Program-made: the position numbers and the translations under genes
Notes under the pieces: model-generated
Seen by the model: only the letters and a program-made list of their open reading frames with translations
What the model was told of the DNA's origin: nothing
The model's database searches: none
Assembly: GCA_964634945.1 (NCBI GenBank)
Contig: CAZWMG010000004.1
Coordinates: 52,528 to 116,527, forward strand
Length of the DNA stretch: 64,000 nucleotides
Origin: an uncultured Planctomycetia bacterium
GTDB lineage: Bacteria; Omnitrophota; Gorgyraeia; JABMRG01
Direction: 5' to 3'
Shown: piece after piece, positions 12,879 to 21,678 of the stretch
Position numbering within the stretch: the first letter of the stretch is position 1
Layout: the number at the start of each line of letters is the position of its first letter

Positions 12879-14492
12879 ATGAATAACGAGAAAAGATTAT
12901 TTTTAGCTATCGGCCTATCAGTGCTTATAATAGTAAGTTATCAAGCATATATGAGAAAGTATGCTAAACCGTATCATCCGCAAAGCATGAGTGATACGGT
13001 TGTAGAAACCGAAAAAGCGGCGCCGGTAATTCGCAAAACAACAAAAGTGCAAGAGGATTCTGTTAGCGTGCGCGCTGTTCCGGATATTACAACAACCGTA
13101 AGCAACGATGTTTTTACAGCAATTTTTACAGATAATGGGGCAGCGATAAAAGAGCTATATCTAATGCAATATTTAAATAGCGCAGGCGAGCCCACATTAC
13201 TATGCAGGCCAATAGAGCAGACACCGTACTTATTAGCAACAACAGAGAAGGCAGAGGCTATGCGCAAATGGCGCGTGGTTAGCAATAATAGCAATCATAT
13301 TGTGTATAAAAGCACACTAGATGGAATAGAAATAATTAAAACATTTAATTTCTATAACACTAAGCATATTATAGGGTTAGAAGTCGCAATACGCAACACA
13401 ACGCAGACACATAAACAGGTAAATTACGCACTTGGTAGTGGAGCGGTTGAGGCAAGTAGTGGCTACCTAGACAGTAGGTATATTGGGGCTGATGTGGATA
13501 TAGCGGGTAAGGTTCTGAGAAAGCGGCCATCAGGAAAAACCATAACAGACGGCATTTACGTAACCGGTTCCCCCGCATGGGTTTCAGTGCACGATAGGTA
13601 TTTTTCATTAGTCTTAAAGCCAGAGCAGCAAGAAGAAGGGGCGATCATAAAAAGCAGTACAAAGAAGAATATATGGTCAAGCATAATATCAGGGCCAGTG
13701 GCTTTAGGCCCAAGCCAAGTTGTTACGAGAAGCTACGTTCAGTATGCAGGCCCAAGTGATATTGCATCGATCTCAGAGTTAGGCGCATCAGCAGGCAATG
13801 TAATAAGTTACGGGTTTTTCCATCCCGTAGCAAAGGTGCTTTTCAGGGCCCTGCGCATGTTTTATCGAATAACAGGTAATTACGGTTTATCCATTATTCT
13901 TTTATCGCTTACTATCAGCTTAATAATGATGCCGCTTACGAGAAAGAGCCTGCATTCCATGAAGGCTATGCAGGCGATTCAGCCGGAAACAGAACAAATA
14001 CGCAAGGCCTATAGCGACAATCCGCAAAAAATGAACAAAGAGATCATGGATCTCTATAAAAAGCATAAGATAAATCCTGTAGGAGGCTGTTTGCCAATGT
14101 TGTTGCAACTGCCGATTTTTATGTCTCTATATCAGGTCTTGTTGCGTAGCGTGGCATTGCGTGGGGCACATTTTTTATGGATTAAAGATCTCGCAGGGCC
14201 GGATGCGGCATTTACATTGCCGCAAAAATTCCCAATAATTGGCAACCATATTAATATATTACCAATTTTAATGGCTATTGCTATGTGGGGACAGCAAAAG
14301 ATGTCACAGGGTGGAGGTAAGGAGGTATCAGACCAGCAAAAGATGATGGCAACAATCATGCCTATAATGTTTGGCTTTATCTTTTATAACATGCCTTCCG
14401 GTCTTGTATTATATTGGTTCACAAACACACTGTTTATGCTGCTCATACAGGAAGTCGTCTTAAAGGTGCGCAAACCGGCGATCAGCCAGTAG
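12879..14492 (+). CDS. yidC: Membrane protein insertase YidC
   Basis: NYGLSIILL, NPVGGCLPMLLQLPIF, PSGLVLYW; start moved to ATG 12879. Confidence 0.97.
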   Translation: MNNEKRLFLAIGLSVLIIVSYQAYMRKYAKPYHPQSMSDTVVETEKAAPVIRKTTKVQEDSVSVRAVPDITTTVSNDVFTAIFTDNGAAIKELYLMQYLNSAGEPTLLCRPIEQTPYLLATTEKAEAMRKWRVVSNNSNHIVYKSTLDGIEIIKTFNFYNTKHIIGLEVAIRNTTQTHKQVNYALGSGAVEASSGYLDSRYIGADVDIAGKVLRKRPSGKTITDGIYVTGSPAWVSVHDRYFSLVLKPEQQEEGAIIKSSTKKNIWSSIISGPVALGPSQVVTRSYVQYAGPSDIASISELGASAGNVISYGFFHPVAKVLFRALRMFYRITGNYGLSIILLSLTISLIMMPLTRKSLHSMKAMQAIQPETEQIRKAYSDNPQKMNKEIMDLYKKHKINPVGGCLPMLLQLPIFMSLYQVLLRSVALRGAHFLWIKDLAGPDAAFTLPQKFPIIGNHINILPILMAIAMWGQQKMSQGGGKEVSDQQKMMATIMPIMFGFIFYNMPSGLVLYWFTNTLFMLLIQEVVLKVRKPAISQ

Positions 14493-14505
14493 CTAGTTTT
14501 TTTTC

Positions 14506-14534
14506 TTGACAGCAGTCAGGTTGTCAGGTAAGAT
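14506..14534 (+). promoter_or_regulatory. parAB promoter
   Basis: TTGACA-N17-TAAGAT. Confidence 0.6.
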
Positions 14535-14567
14535 ATAAAGCAGCACAACACAAGCGCAATGATTCTA

Positions 14568-14583
14568 TGTTCCACGTGAAACA
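14568..14583. promoter_or_regulatory. parS: parS centromere site
   Basis: TGTTCCACGTGAAACA matches the TGTTNCACGTGAAACA consensus. Confidence 0.93.
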
Positions 14584-14596
14584 AAAAGGGGATGGA

Positions 14597-15535
14597 TTGG
14601 GCAAAACCATATCAGTATGCAACCAAAAAGGTGGAGTTGGCAAAACTACCACATCGATTAACTTATCAGCTTATTTGGCTGCTGCGGGGCAACGTGTGCT
14701 TATTATTGATATCGACCCTCAAGCTAATGCAACAAGCGGCATCGGCGTAGACAAACAAGCTATTAAAAAGAGCATATATAATGTGTTAATAGATAACACG
14801 CCACTAAACGAGGTGGTTATAAAGACGCCGGTACAAAACATGTTTCTTGCGCCAGCGGATTTGCATCTGACAGGCGCACAAATAGAGCTAGTGAGCGCGT
14901 TTAATAGGGAGCAGCAATTAAAGAATAGCATCTTACCAATAAAACAGGATTATGATTTTGTTGTCATAGACTGTCCGCCAAGCTTAGGCTTACTTACGAT
15001 TAATGCGTTAACCGCATCAGAAACCACGCTTATTCCTCTACAGTGTGAATATTATGCCATGGAAGGCCTAAGCCAGTTATTGCACACAATAAAACTCGTG
15101 CAGAATAATCTCAATCCAGTTCTTGATATAGAAGGGGTTGTCTTGACTATGGCAGATTACCGTACAAAGCTGACAAATGAAGTCATAGGGGAGGCAAGGG
15201 CGTTTTTTAAAGAGAAGGTATATGATACGGTTATACCGCGCTCTATCAGGCTGAGCGAAGCTCCGGGCCATGGTAAGCCGGTGATGCTCTACGATCAACA
15301 CTCGAATGGCGCAGAAGCTTACAAGGCGCTTGCAGGCGAGATTATTAACCGTAACACATTACCACCATTAGGGTTAGACGATAAACAGGCTGATGCCCAC
15401 ACCACGATCCCGCAAGAACAGGCTAACCAGGACACGCAGAAAGACGTAGATATGCACGCAGCGGTTCCGGTTGAAAACGACACTATAGCGACCAAAATCA
15501 TAGAAGAGGACGGAGGCGATAATGGAGAAACATAA
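14597..15535 (+). CDS. parA: Chromosome partitioning ATPase ParA/Soj
   Basis: NQKGGVGKTT, DIDPQANAT, DCPPSLG, QCEYYAMEG; TTG start at 14597 after a G-rich RBS (the MFHVKQ extension is the parS site). Confidence 0.97.
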   Translation: MGKTISVCNQKGGVGKTTTSINLSAYLAAAGQRVLIIDIDPQANATSGIGVDKQAIKKSIYNVLIDNTPLNEVVIKTPVQNMFLAPADLHLTGAQIELVSAFNREQQLKNSILPIKQDYDFVVIDCPPSLGLLTINALTASETTLIPLQCEYYAMEGLSQLLHTIKLVQNNLNPVLDIEGVVLTMADYRTKLTNEVIGEARAFFKEKVYDTVIPRSIRLSEAPGHGKPVMLYDQHSNGAEAYKALAGEIINRNTLPPLGLDDKQADAHTTIPQEQANQDTQKDVDMHAAVPVENDTIATKIIEEDGGDNGET

Positions 15536-16391
15536 GGCATTGGGCAAGGGATTGCAAGCGCTTATACCAGAGGTGCAGGAGAGTGACACGAGCGAGTTGG
15601 CGGTTAGTGCGCGAACAGGCTTGACGACAGTGGCGATTTCAGAGATCAAACCTAACCGTTATCAGCCACGCACCGCTTTCAAGACAGAAAAATTAGATGA
15701 GCTCGTAGCGTCAATTAAAGAAAAGGGGATTGTGCAACCGGTGCTTGTCAGGAAAGCAGACATAGGATATGAGCTTATAGCCGGGGAGAGGCGTTTCAGG
15801 GCAGCCAAAAAATTGAATTTGCAAAAGATCCCTGTTATTATCAAAGACGTCGATGATGTTAACGCGATGGAGATAGCGCTTGTAGAAAATATCCAGCGGG
15901 AAGACTTAAACCCGATAGAGGAAGCCAAGGCGTACAAGCGCCTGAGTAACGAATTTGGTTTTACACAAGAAAAAATTGCCCAATCCGTAGGCCGCGACAG
16001 AACCTCAGTGACAAATATTTTGCGGCTGTTAAGCCTGCCGGGACAGGTACAGCAGTTGATCCTTGATGATGCCATATCAATGGGGCACGCGAGGGCCTTG
16101 CTCAGTATATCCGGCGAGCGTAAACAGTTAGCTATATGCGACAAGATAGTCCGTAAACGTCTTTCAGTAAGAGAGGTAGAGCAGTTGGTGAGGCCGCAGG
16201 CACCGAAGAGGGGGCAATCCGCGTATCGCAATCCGGACCTCCATATAAAGGCGGTTGAAGATGAGCTTCAGCAAGCTTTTGGCACAAAAATAAAGATCCA
16301 GCATGGTAAAAAACGCGGTAAAATCGTTATCGACTACTACTCTTTAACCGATTTGAACCGTATTGTAAAAATCTTAAAACATAAATCTTAA
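15522..16391 (+). CDS. parB: ParB/Spo0J
   Basis: LGKGLQALI, PNRYQPR, GERRFRA, ENIQREDL, HTH. Confidence 0.98.
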   Translation: MEKHKALGKGLQALIPEVQESDTSELAVSARTGLTTVAISEIKPNRYQPRTAFKTEKLDELVASIKEKGIVQPVLVRKADIGYELIAGERRFRAAKKLNLQKIPVIIKDVDDVNAMEIALVENIQREDLNPIEEAKAYKRLSNEFGFTQEKIAQSVGRDRTSVTNILRLLSLPGQVQQLILDDAISMGHARALLSISGERKQLAICDKIVRKRLSVREVEQLVRPQAPKRGQSAYRNPDLHIKAVEDELQQAFGTKIKIQHGKKRGKIVIDYYSLTDLNRIVKILKHKS

Positions 16392-16458
16392 CATATATAT
16401 TGACTTTTTCGTAGCACAACATATAATAAATAGATACTAGGTGCAAAGGAAAAAAAGC

Positions 16459-16517
16459 ATAAAGTATAAAGTATAAAGTATAAAGGATAAAGGATAAAGG
16501 ATAAAGGATAAAGGTAT
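16459..16517 (+). repeat. Heptamer tandem repeat (AAGTATA/AAGGATA)n
   Basis: About 8 degenerate 7-nt units read directly. Confidence 0.85.
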
Positions 16518-16607
16518 ATGTCTTGATATGGAATAAACAATAGTCCGCAACTTACAACTTAATCGTTACAACTAAACACGAATATAACTTATTACAAAAG
16601 GCAAATA

Positions 16608-17108
16608 ATGGAAGAAGCGACATTAGTACTAATTAAACCAGATGGCCTGAAAAAATCATTAACAGGCAATATCTTAACGCGCCTTTCAGAGACAAAACTA
16701 GATATTGCAGCAGCTAGGATAGTGCATGTCAGCACAGGCCTTGCTAGAGAGCACTACGAAGCGTTGTCAGGCAAGCCGTTTTTTGATGACTTAATACAAT
16801 ATATAAGAGGCGAGTTCCACGAGAAGCGGAAAGTTATGGCAATGGTTTATTATGGAGAAGGCGCCATAGCGAAGGTGCGCCAGCTAGCAGGCGCGACTAA
16901 CCCGGAAGAAGCGGACGCGGTAAGCATCCGCGGGCAATATGGCCGCATTACGACAAAAGGTGTGTACGAAAACGTTATACACGCTTCAGCGGACAAGGAA
17001 GACGCGGAGCGGGAAATCAAGCTTTGGTTTGAGCCTGAGGAAGTCATAGTAGATCTCTATCCTACCAAAATGCACGAGAAGAAAATACTCGGTAAGGCCT
17101 GGGCGTAA
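16608..17108 (+). CDS. ndk: Nucleoside diphosphate kinase
   Basis: TLVLIKPDG, GATNPEEA..SIRG, ENVIHAS. Confidence 0.96.
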   Translation: MEEATLVLIKPDGLKKSLTGNILTRLSETKLDIAAARIVHVSTGLAREHYEALSGKPFFDDLIQYIRGEFHEKRKVMAMVYYGEGAIAKVRQLAGATNPEEADAVSIRGQYGRITTKGVYENVIHASADKEDAEREIKLWFEPEEVIVDLYPTKMHEKKILGKAWA

Positions 17109-17185
17109 ATAAGTTACAAGGCATAAGGATTTCCGCTGCAGGCGGGCCAGCCTTGGCTGGAAATACAAAATAGACGTTAATCCAC

Positions 17186-17231
17186 GACTTACAATTTACC
17201 ACTTACCACTTACCACTTACAACTTACAACC
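17186..17231 (+). repeat. Heptamer tandem repeat (ACTTACC/ACTTACA)n
   Basis: About 6 units read directly. Confidence 0.85.
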
Positions 17232-17272
17232 AATCACGGATAAGACTCGTGATAAAAGCAAAGGCACAGCAT

Positions 17273-18154
17273 ATGTTGCGCAGTATGACAGGTTTCGGCA
17301 AAGGTGTGGCAGAAGGCAGGCAAGGCACAGTAAAAGTAGAGATCAAGAGCCTGAACTGTAAATTTTTTGAGGTGGTGAGCAAATTACCGCCTAACCTTAC
17401 TATGTTGGAAGATAAGATACGCGAGTTACTACAGAGACGCATATCGCGCGGCAGATTAACGCTCTTTTTAAGTTACACCTCGAGGGTGACAAAGGGTGAC
17501 GAAGTCCATATCGACAAAAAAATAGCAAAGCAGTACCATAATAGGATTAAGGCACTGCAAAAGTTTCTAGGCATTAAGGGAGATATCGAGCTTGAGCAGA
17601 TCATAGCCTTGCCCGGAGTCATAGCGTATCATCCGCAGGCAGACGACGCTAAGAAGCTTTGGCCGCTTATTTCTAAAGCGCTTGTCTTGTCTATAGAAGA
17701 CATTACACGCTCCAAGGCAAGAGAAGGAGCGATGCTGGGCAAGAACCTGCGCCAGATAGTCAAGACGGTTGAGGCCGGGCTTAAAAAGATACAAAAAAGA
17801 GCGCCTATAGTGGCGTTTGATTACAAGAAACGGCTCAGGCAAAATGTAAAGGCATTGACCGGCACCAGAAAGATACATAGCCCGGAAAGAATAGAAGAAG
17901 AAGCGGCTATCTTTGCGCGCAATTGTGATGTTACCGAAGAGATGCATAGGCTCTGTGCCCATATATCAGGGTTTAGAAAAATTCTTTCAAATAATGGGGA
18001 AACAGGCAGGCGGCTTGATTTTGTCGCGCAGGAGATGTACCGCGAGGCGAATACAATAGGCGCGAAGGCGAACGATTTTTTTATAGCAAAAGAGATCATT
18101 AAGATCAAGAGTCAAATAGAAAAAATAAGAGAGCAGGCTCAAAATGTCGAATAA
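17273..18154 (+). CDS. yicC: YicC/YloC family endoribonuclease
   Basis: [42 protein letters not shown]. Confidence 0.96.
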   Translation: MLRSMTGFGKGVAEGRQGTVKVEIKSLNCKFFEVVSKLPPNLTMLEDKIRELLQRRISRGRLTLFLSYTSRVTKGDEVHIDKKIAKQYHNRIKALQKFLGIKGDIELEQIIALPGVIAYHPQADDAKKLWPLISKALVLSIEDITRSKAREGAMLGKNLRQIVKTVEAGLKKIQKRAPIVAFDYKKRLRQNVKALTGTRKIHSPERIEEEAAIFARNCDVTEEMHRLCAHISGFRKILSNNGETGRRLDFVAQEMYREANTIGAKANDFFIAKEIIKIKSQIEKIREQAQNVE

Positions 18155-18395
18155 GAAAAAGCAGTCAACATTGATCAGCTTAGGCTTTAATAATGTTGTA
18201 GTAAAGGATAAGATAGTTGCGGTTGTCGCCCCGGAGGCAGCGCCCATAAAGCGATTAAAAGAAGAGGCGCGGCAAAGCAAGAAGCTGATCGACGCTACAA
18301 GCGGCCGCAGGACCCGCGCGGTGATTATTACGGAAAGTGATCATATCATACTCGCGAGCGTACAACCGGAAACAATAGCACAGAGGTTTAGTTGA
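18144..18395 (+). CDS. remA: DUF370 / RemA family protein
   Basis: [34 protein letters not shown]. Confidence 0.92.
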   Translation: MSNKKKQSTLISLGFNNVVVKDKIVAVVAPEAAPIKRLKEEARQSKKLIDATSGRRTRAVIITESDHIILASVQPETIAQRFS

Positions 18396-19006
18396 TGGAG
18401 AAAAAGCACTTGCCTCGTTTTATTGACAGATATCTGAAGAAACAGGGTGCGCTCTTTGTTGTTTCTGGGCCTTCAGGATGCGGCAAGACTACACTCTGCG
18501 ACAGATTGCTGAAAAGCCGGCTAGGGCTTGTACGTTCTGTTTCAGCTACAACGAGAGAATTGCGGGGAAAGGAAAAGAACAACAAGGATTATATTTACAT
18601 CGGTAGGCAGGAGTTTAATAGACAGCTTGCAAAGGGCATGTTTCTCGAGCATGCGGAAGTCTTTGGACACTACTACGCTACGCCAAAGAAGTTTGTTGAG
18701 AAGAGCCTACGAAGCAACCAAGACGTGCTCATGAACATTGATGTGCAGGGCGCGGCACAGATAAAACGTAAGTTTAAACAGGCGGTGCTTATTTTTATTC
18801 TACCACCTACAATGGAGGCGCTTGAGGCAAGGTTGCGCAACCGCTCGTCAGATACGCGCTCCCAGATATGTAAACGGCTTGCGATAGCGCATAAGGAGCT
18901 AACGGCTATTAAGATATATGATTATGCGGTGATTAATGATAGGATAGATAAGGCGGTGCGCCAACTTGCGTCGATTATCACCTCTACACGGCAGCGAATA
19001 AAATAG
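18395..19006 (+). CDS. gmk: Guanylate kinase
   Basis: SGPSGCGKTT, SVSATTR, IDVQGA, FILPP. Confidence 0.97.
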   Translation: MEKKHLPRFIDRYLKKQGALFVVSGPSGCGKTTLCDRLLKSRLGLVRSVSATTRELRGKEKNNKDYIYIGRQEFNRQLAKGMFLEHAEVFGHYYATPKKFVEKSLRSNQDVLMNIDVQGAAQIKRKFKQAVLIFILPPTMEALEARLRNRSSDTRSQICKRLAIAHKELTAIKIYDYAVINDRIDKAVRQLASIITSTRQRIK

Positions 19007-19016
19007 GAGAAGAATC

Positions 19017-19220
19017 TTGGATACCTTAAAGATACCACTCGAGAGTTTGTACGACAAGATACAAAGCATGTATAAGCTTGTTGCTTTGGCCTCTATGCGC
19101 GCGCTAGAATTGAACGCGGGCGCAGCGCAGTTGACAGAGAATGAGAGAAGCAATGTTCTACAGACAGCCTTGCATGAAATCCTGGAAGAGAAGATAACGT
19201 ACGCGCAGATCAATAAGTAG
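19017..19220 (+). CDS. rpoZ: RNA polymerase omega subunit
   Basis: SMYKLVALASMRALEL...ALHEI, directly after gmk. Confidence 0.9.
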   Translation: MDTLKIPLESLYDKIQSMYKLVALASMRALELNAGAAQLTENERSNVLQTALHEILEEKITYAQINK

Positions 19221-19234
19221 TGATAGGATAAGCC

Positions 19235-19774
19235 ATGAAGAGACCAACTCTTTTGTTAGGCGTCAGCGCGGGTATCGCCGCATACAGGGCGTGCGATATA
19301 ATAAATTGCCTGAGACAGAACAATATAGAAGTTGTAGTATGTTTAAGCAAAGATGCCCATCATTTTGTCTCCCCGCTTGCGCTGCAGACATTGTCAGGCA
19401 ACCAAGTCTTCCAGGAGATGTTTAATGTTCAGGATGACTGGAACCCTGTCCATATCGCGCTTTCAGACAGAACAGATATAACATTAGTAATGCCCGCTAC
19501 ATCGAACATTATCTCAAAAGTAGCAACCGGCATATGCGACGATTTGCTTACCTGCACCATAGCCGCCTTCCAGGGGCCAGTGGTCTTCGCGCCTGCGATG
19601 AACGAGGCGATGTACGCGAATAAGATTTTGCAGGCCAACATCAAAAAGCTAAAGACCCTTGACTACCATTTTGTGGGCCCGATTAAAGGGCACCTTGCCT
19701 GTGGCAGGCAGGGCATGGGCCACATAGCAGACACAAAAGATATAGCACAGTTTATAAAGACCCTCCTCAAATGA
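19235..19774 (+). CDS. coaC: Phosphopantothenoylcysteine decarboxylase (stand-alone CoaC)
   Basis: GVSAGIAAY, HIALS, PAMN, LACG..G.G. Confidence 0.92.
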   Translation: MKRPTLLLGVSAGIAAYRACDIINCLRQNNIEVVVCLSKDAHHFVSPLALQTLSGNQVFQEMFNVQDDWNPVHIALSDRTDITLVMPATSNIISKVATGICDDLLTCTIAAFQGPVVFAPAMNEAMYANKILQANIKKLKTLDYHFVGPIKGHLACGRQGMGHIADTKDIAQFIKTLLK

Positions 19775-20448
19775 AGCCCATGAATATTATTGTTTCCGCA
19801 GGCCCGACACAAGAACCTATCGATCCCGTGCGTTTTCTTACGAATCACTCAACCGGCACAATGGGTTACGCTGTCGCTGAAGCGGCACGTGACGCAGGCC
19901 ACAATGTTGTGCTTGTGACCGGCCCCACTCAACTGGAGCCACCGCGAGGAGTGGACGTGATAGGGGTGACTACAGCAGTAGAGATGCACAGGGCCGTGTT
20001 GTCGCGTTTTGGGAAAGCAGATTGTGTGGTTATGGCGGCAGCGGTCTCCGATTTTAAGCCAGTACACTATAGCGCTAAAAAAATAAAACGCGCAGGTGCG
20101 GCGCGCACACTGAAACTTGCGAGAAATCCCGACATACTCTCGTTGCTTGGGCAGCAAAAGGGCGATAAGGTGTTGGTTGGTTTTTGCATGGAAACATCAG
20201 CGCTTATAGCCAATGCACGCAATAAGCTGAAAGCCAAAAACATAGACCTTGTAGTCGCGAATAAGATAGATGCGGGGAAAAGTGCTTTTGGGTCCGGCCC
20301 AACCTCGGTCTTTATTATTGGCCCGATGCGGCAGAAGGTAGCGCTTAAGGGTATGAGCAAGCGCAAGATCTCGCGGATTCTTCTTGAAAAGATAGAGCGT
20401 CTATGGTATAAAAGGTGTCCACATAAGGCGTACAAGAGTGCTTATTAA
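19771..20448 (+). CDS. coaB: Phosphopantothenate-cysteine ligase (stand-alone CoaB)
   Basis: SAGPTQEPIDPVRFLTNHSTG, AAAVSDF, NPDIL, VGFCME. Confidence 0.92.
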   Translation: MKPMNIIVSAGPTQEPIDPVRFLTNHSTGTMGYAVAEAARDAGHNVVLVTGPTQLEPPRGVDVIGVTTAVEMHRAVLSRFGKADCVVMAAAVSDFKPVHYSAKKIKRAGAARTLKLARNPDILSLLGQQKGDKVLVGFCMETSALIANARNKLKAKNIDLVVANKIDAGKSAFGSGPTSVFIIGPMRQKVALKGMSKRKISRILLEKIERLWYKRCPHKAYKSAY

Positions 20449-20461
20449 GTTTAGCGTATGA

Positions 20462-20536
20462 GGCGTGGTAGCCAAGTGGTAAGGCAACGGTTTGCAAAAC
20501 CGTTATTCATCGGTTCGAATCCGATCCACGCCTCCA
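20462..20536 (+). tRNA. tRNA-Cys(GCA)
   Basis: GGCGTGGTAGCCAAGTGGTAAGGC-ACGGT TT GCA AA ACCGT-...GGTTCGAATCC...CCACGCCTCCA. Confidence 0.96.
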
Positions 20537-20593
20537 TTATGCGGAGAGGCAAAGGCAAGGGTAGAGGAAAAGGTATATAGCATACATTTATGT

Positions 20594-20670
20594 GGGCGGT
20601 TGGCGCAGTTGGTTAGCGCGTTTGCTTGACATGCAAAAGGCCGGAGGTTCAAATCCTCTACCGCCCACCA
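20594..20670 (+). tRNA. tRNA-Val(GAC)
   Basis: GGGCGGTTGGCGCAGTTGGTTAGCGC-TTTGC TT GAC AT GCAAA-...GGTTCAAATCC...ACCGCCCACCA. Confidence 0.95.
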
Positions 20671-20740
20671 TGCACCACTCACTTTGCTTATATGGTGCAT
20701 GCCCTGAACCCGAACTGCGAAGCAGTGAGTGGTTTAGGGC
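20669..20740. repeat. Two REP-like hairpins abutting the tRNA-Val CCA end
   Basis: CATGCACCA..TGGTGCATG and GCCCTGAACC..GGTTTAGGGC. Confidence 0.65.
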
Positions 20741-20791
20741 AAGTCACGATTCCCGGGTGCTGTTACGAAGGAATTACAAAAGGTCACAAAA

Positions 20792-21208
20792 ATGAAGAAG
20801 CTGCTTAGTGCGATATGCTTGATATTGCTTATAACAAACAATGTAATGGCAGCAGGATCGCCCGCGACAGAAGTTGACGTGTTAGCAAAGTCGAGTTCAA
20901 GTTGGGACGGAGAAACGTTGCCGGAATATCCAGAAGGCGCGCCGGAGGTAACTATCTTGCGCATCACTATCCCCCCAGGCACACAGCTGCCAATACATGA
21001 ACACCCGGTAATAAACGCGGGCGTATTGTTATCAGGCGAACTGACTGTAAAGACAGCAGATGGCCACACGCTGCACTTAAACGCGGGGGATCCGATTGTA
21101 GAAGTTGTGGATACGTGGCATTACGGTACAAACGAAGGTAGCCAGCCAGCAGAGATAATAGTTTTCTATGCTGGTATAAAGGATATGCCAATAACAATAA
21201 AACAGTAA
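20792..21208 (+). CDS. Secreted cupin-domain protein
   Basis: Signal peptide; LPIHEHP...G.LLSGEL...E..DTWHYG cupin motifs. Confidence 0.88.
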   Translation: MKKLLSAICLILLITNNVMAAGSPATEVDVLAKSSSSWDGETLPEYPEGAPEVTILRITIPPGTQLPIHEHPVINAGVLLSGELTVKTADGHTLHLNAGDPIVEVVDTWHYGTNEGSQPAEIIVFYAGIKDMPITIKQ

Positions 21209-21423
21209 TATGAGAAGGGTAGGCACCTTGCGACAACCAGGCGCCCGCCCTTTTTCTGCTTTGGGCCGACAGCCCACAGTTGGCAGCTGACAAATGGTAG
21301 ATAAAAGGTAATGTGATAGGCAGGAGCATTAGGGTATTATATAACAAAATATAGTTTTATTATACTTAGTTTAACTCAAGGCAACTATATTGCCTTATTA
21401 TAAGTATAAAGTATGAGTAATGA

Positions 21424-21452
21424 TTGACAAAGCATACCTTTTTTGGTATATT
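21424..21452 (+). promoter_or_regulatory. Promoter for tRNA-Leu/thrS
   Basis: TTGACA-N17-TATATT. Confidence 0.6.
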
Positions 21453-21519
21453 ACGCACAGAACTATGCGCCATGCTCCATTTATCAGTAGGGGTTTGTTT
21501 GCGCGTAGCAGTTTTAAGT

Positions 21520-21608
21520 GCCGGGATGGCGGAATTGGCAGACGCCTTGGACTTAAAATCCAATGGGCAGTAATGCCCGTGCCGGTTCAAGTCCGGCTCC
21601 CGGCACCA
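21520..21608 (+). tRNA. tRNA-Leu(TAA)
   Basis: GCCGGGATGGCGGAATTGGCAGACGC-TTGGA CT TAA AA TCCAA-long variable arm-GGTTCAAGTCC...CCCGGCACCA. Confidence 0.96.
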
Positions 21609-21678
21609 TGCACCACTCGAAAAAACCATAAGGTTGTTTCTCGGATGCATGGCAGGCCACAATTCACAGGAGATAATT

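Noticed and set aside
14567-14596. MFHVKQ N-terminal extension of ParA
   Set aside because: It is the translation of the parS palindrome; TTG at 14597 gives the canonical ParA start.
16459-16517. Possible CRISPR array
   Set aside because: Direct 7-nt tandem units without spacers; I saw no repeat-spacer array or cas gene in the window.
21609-21678. T-box or other leader before thrS
   Set aside because: Too short and no T-box consensus; occupied by a CATG-ended hairpin.
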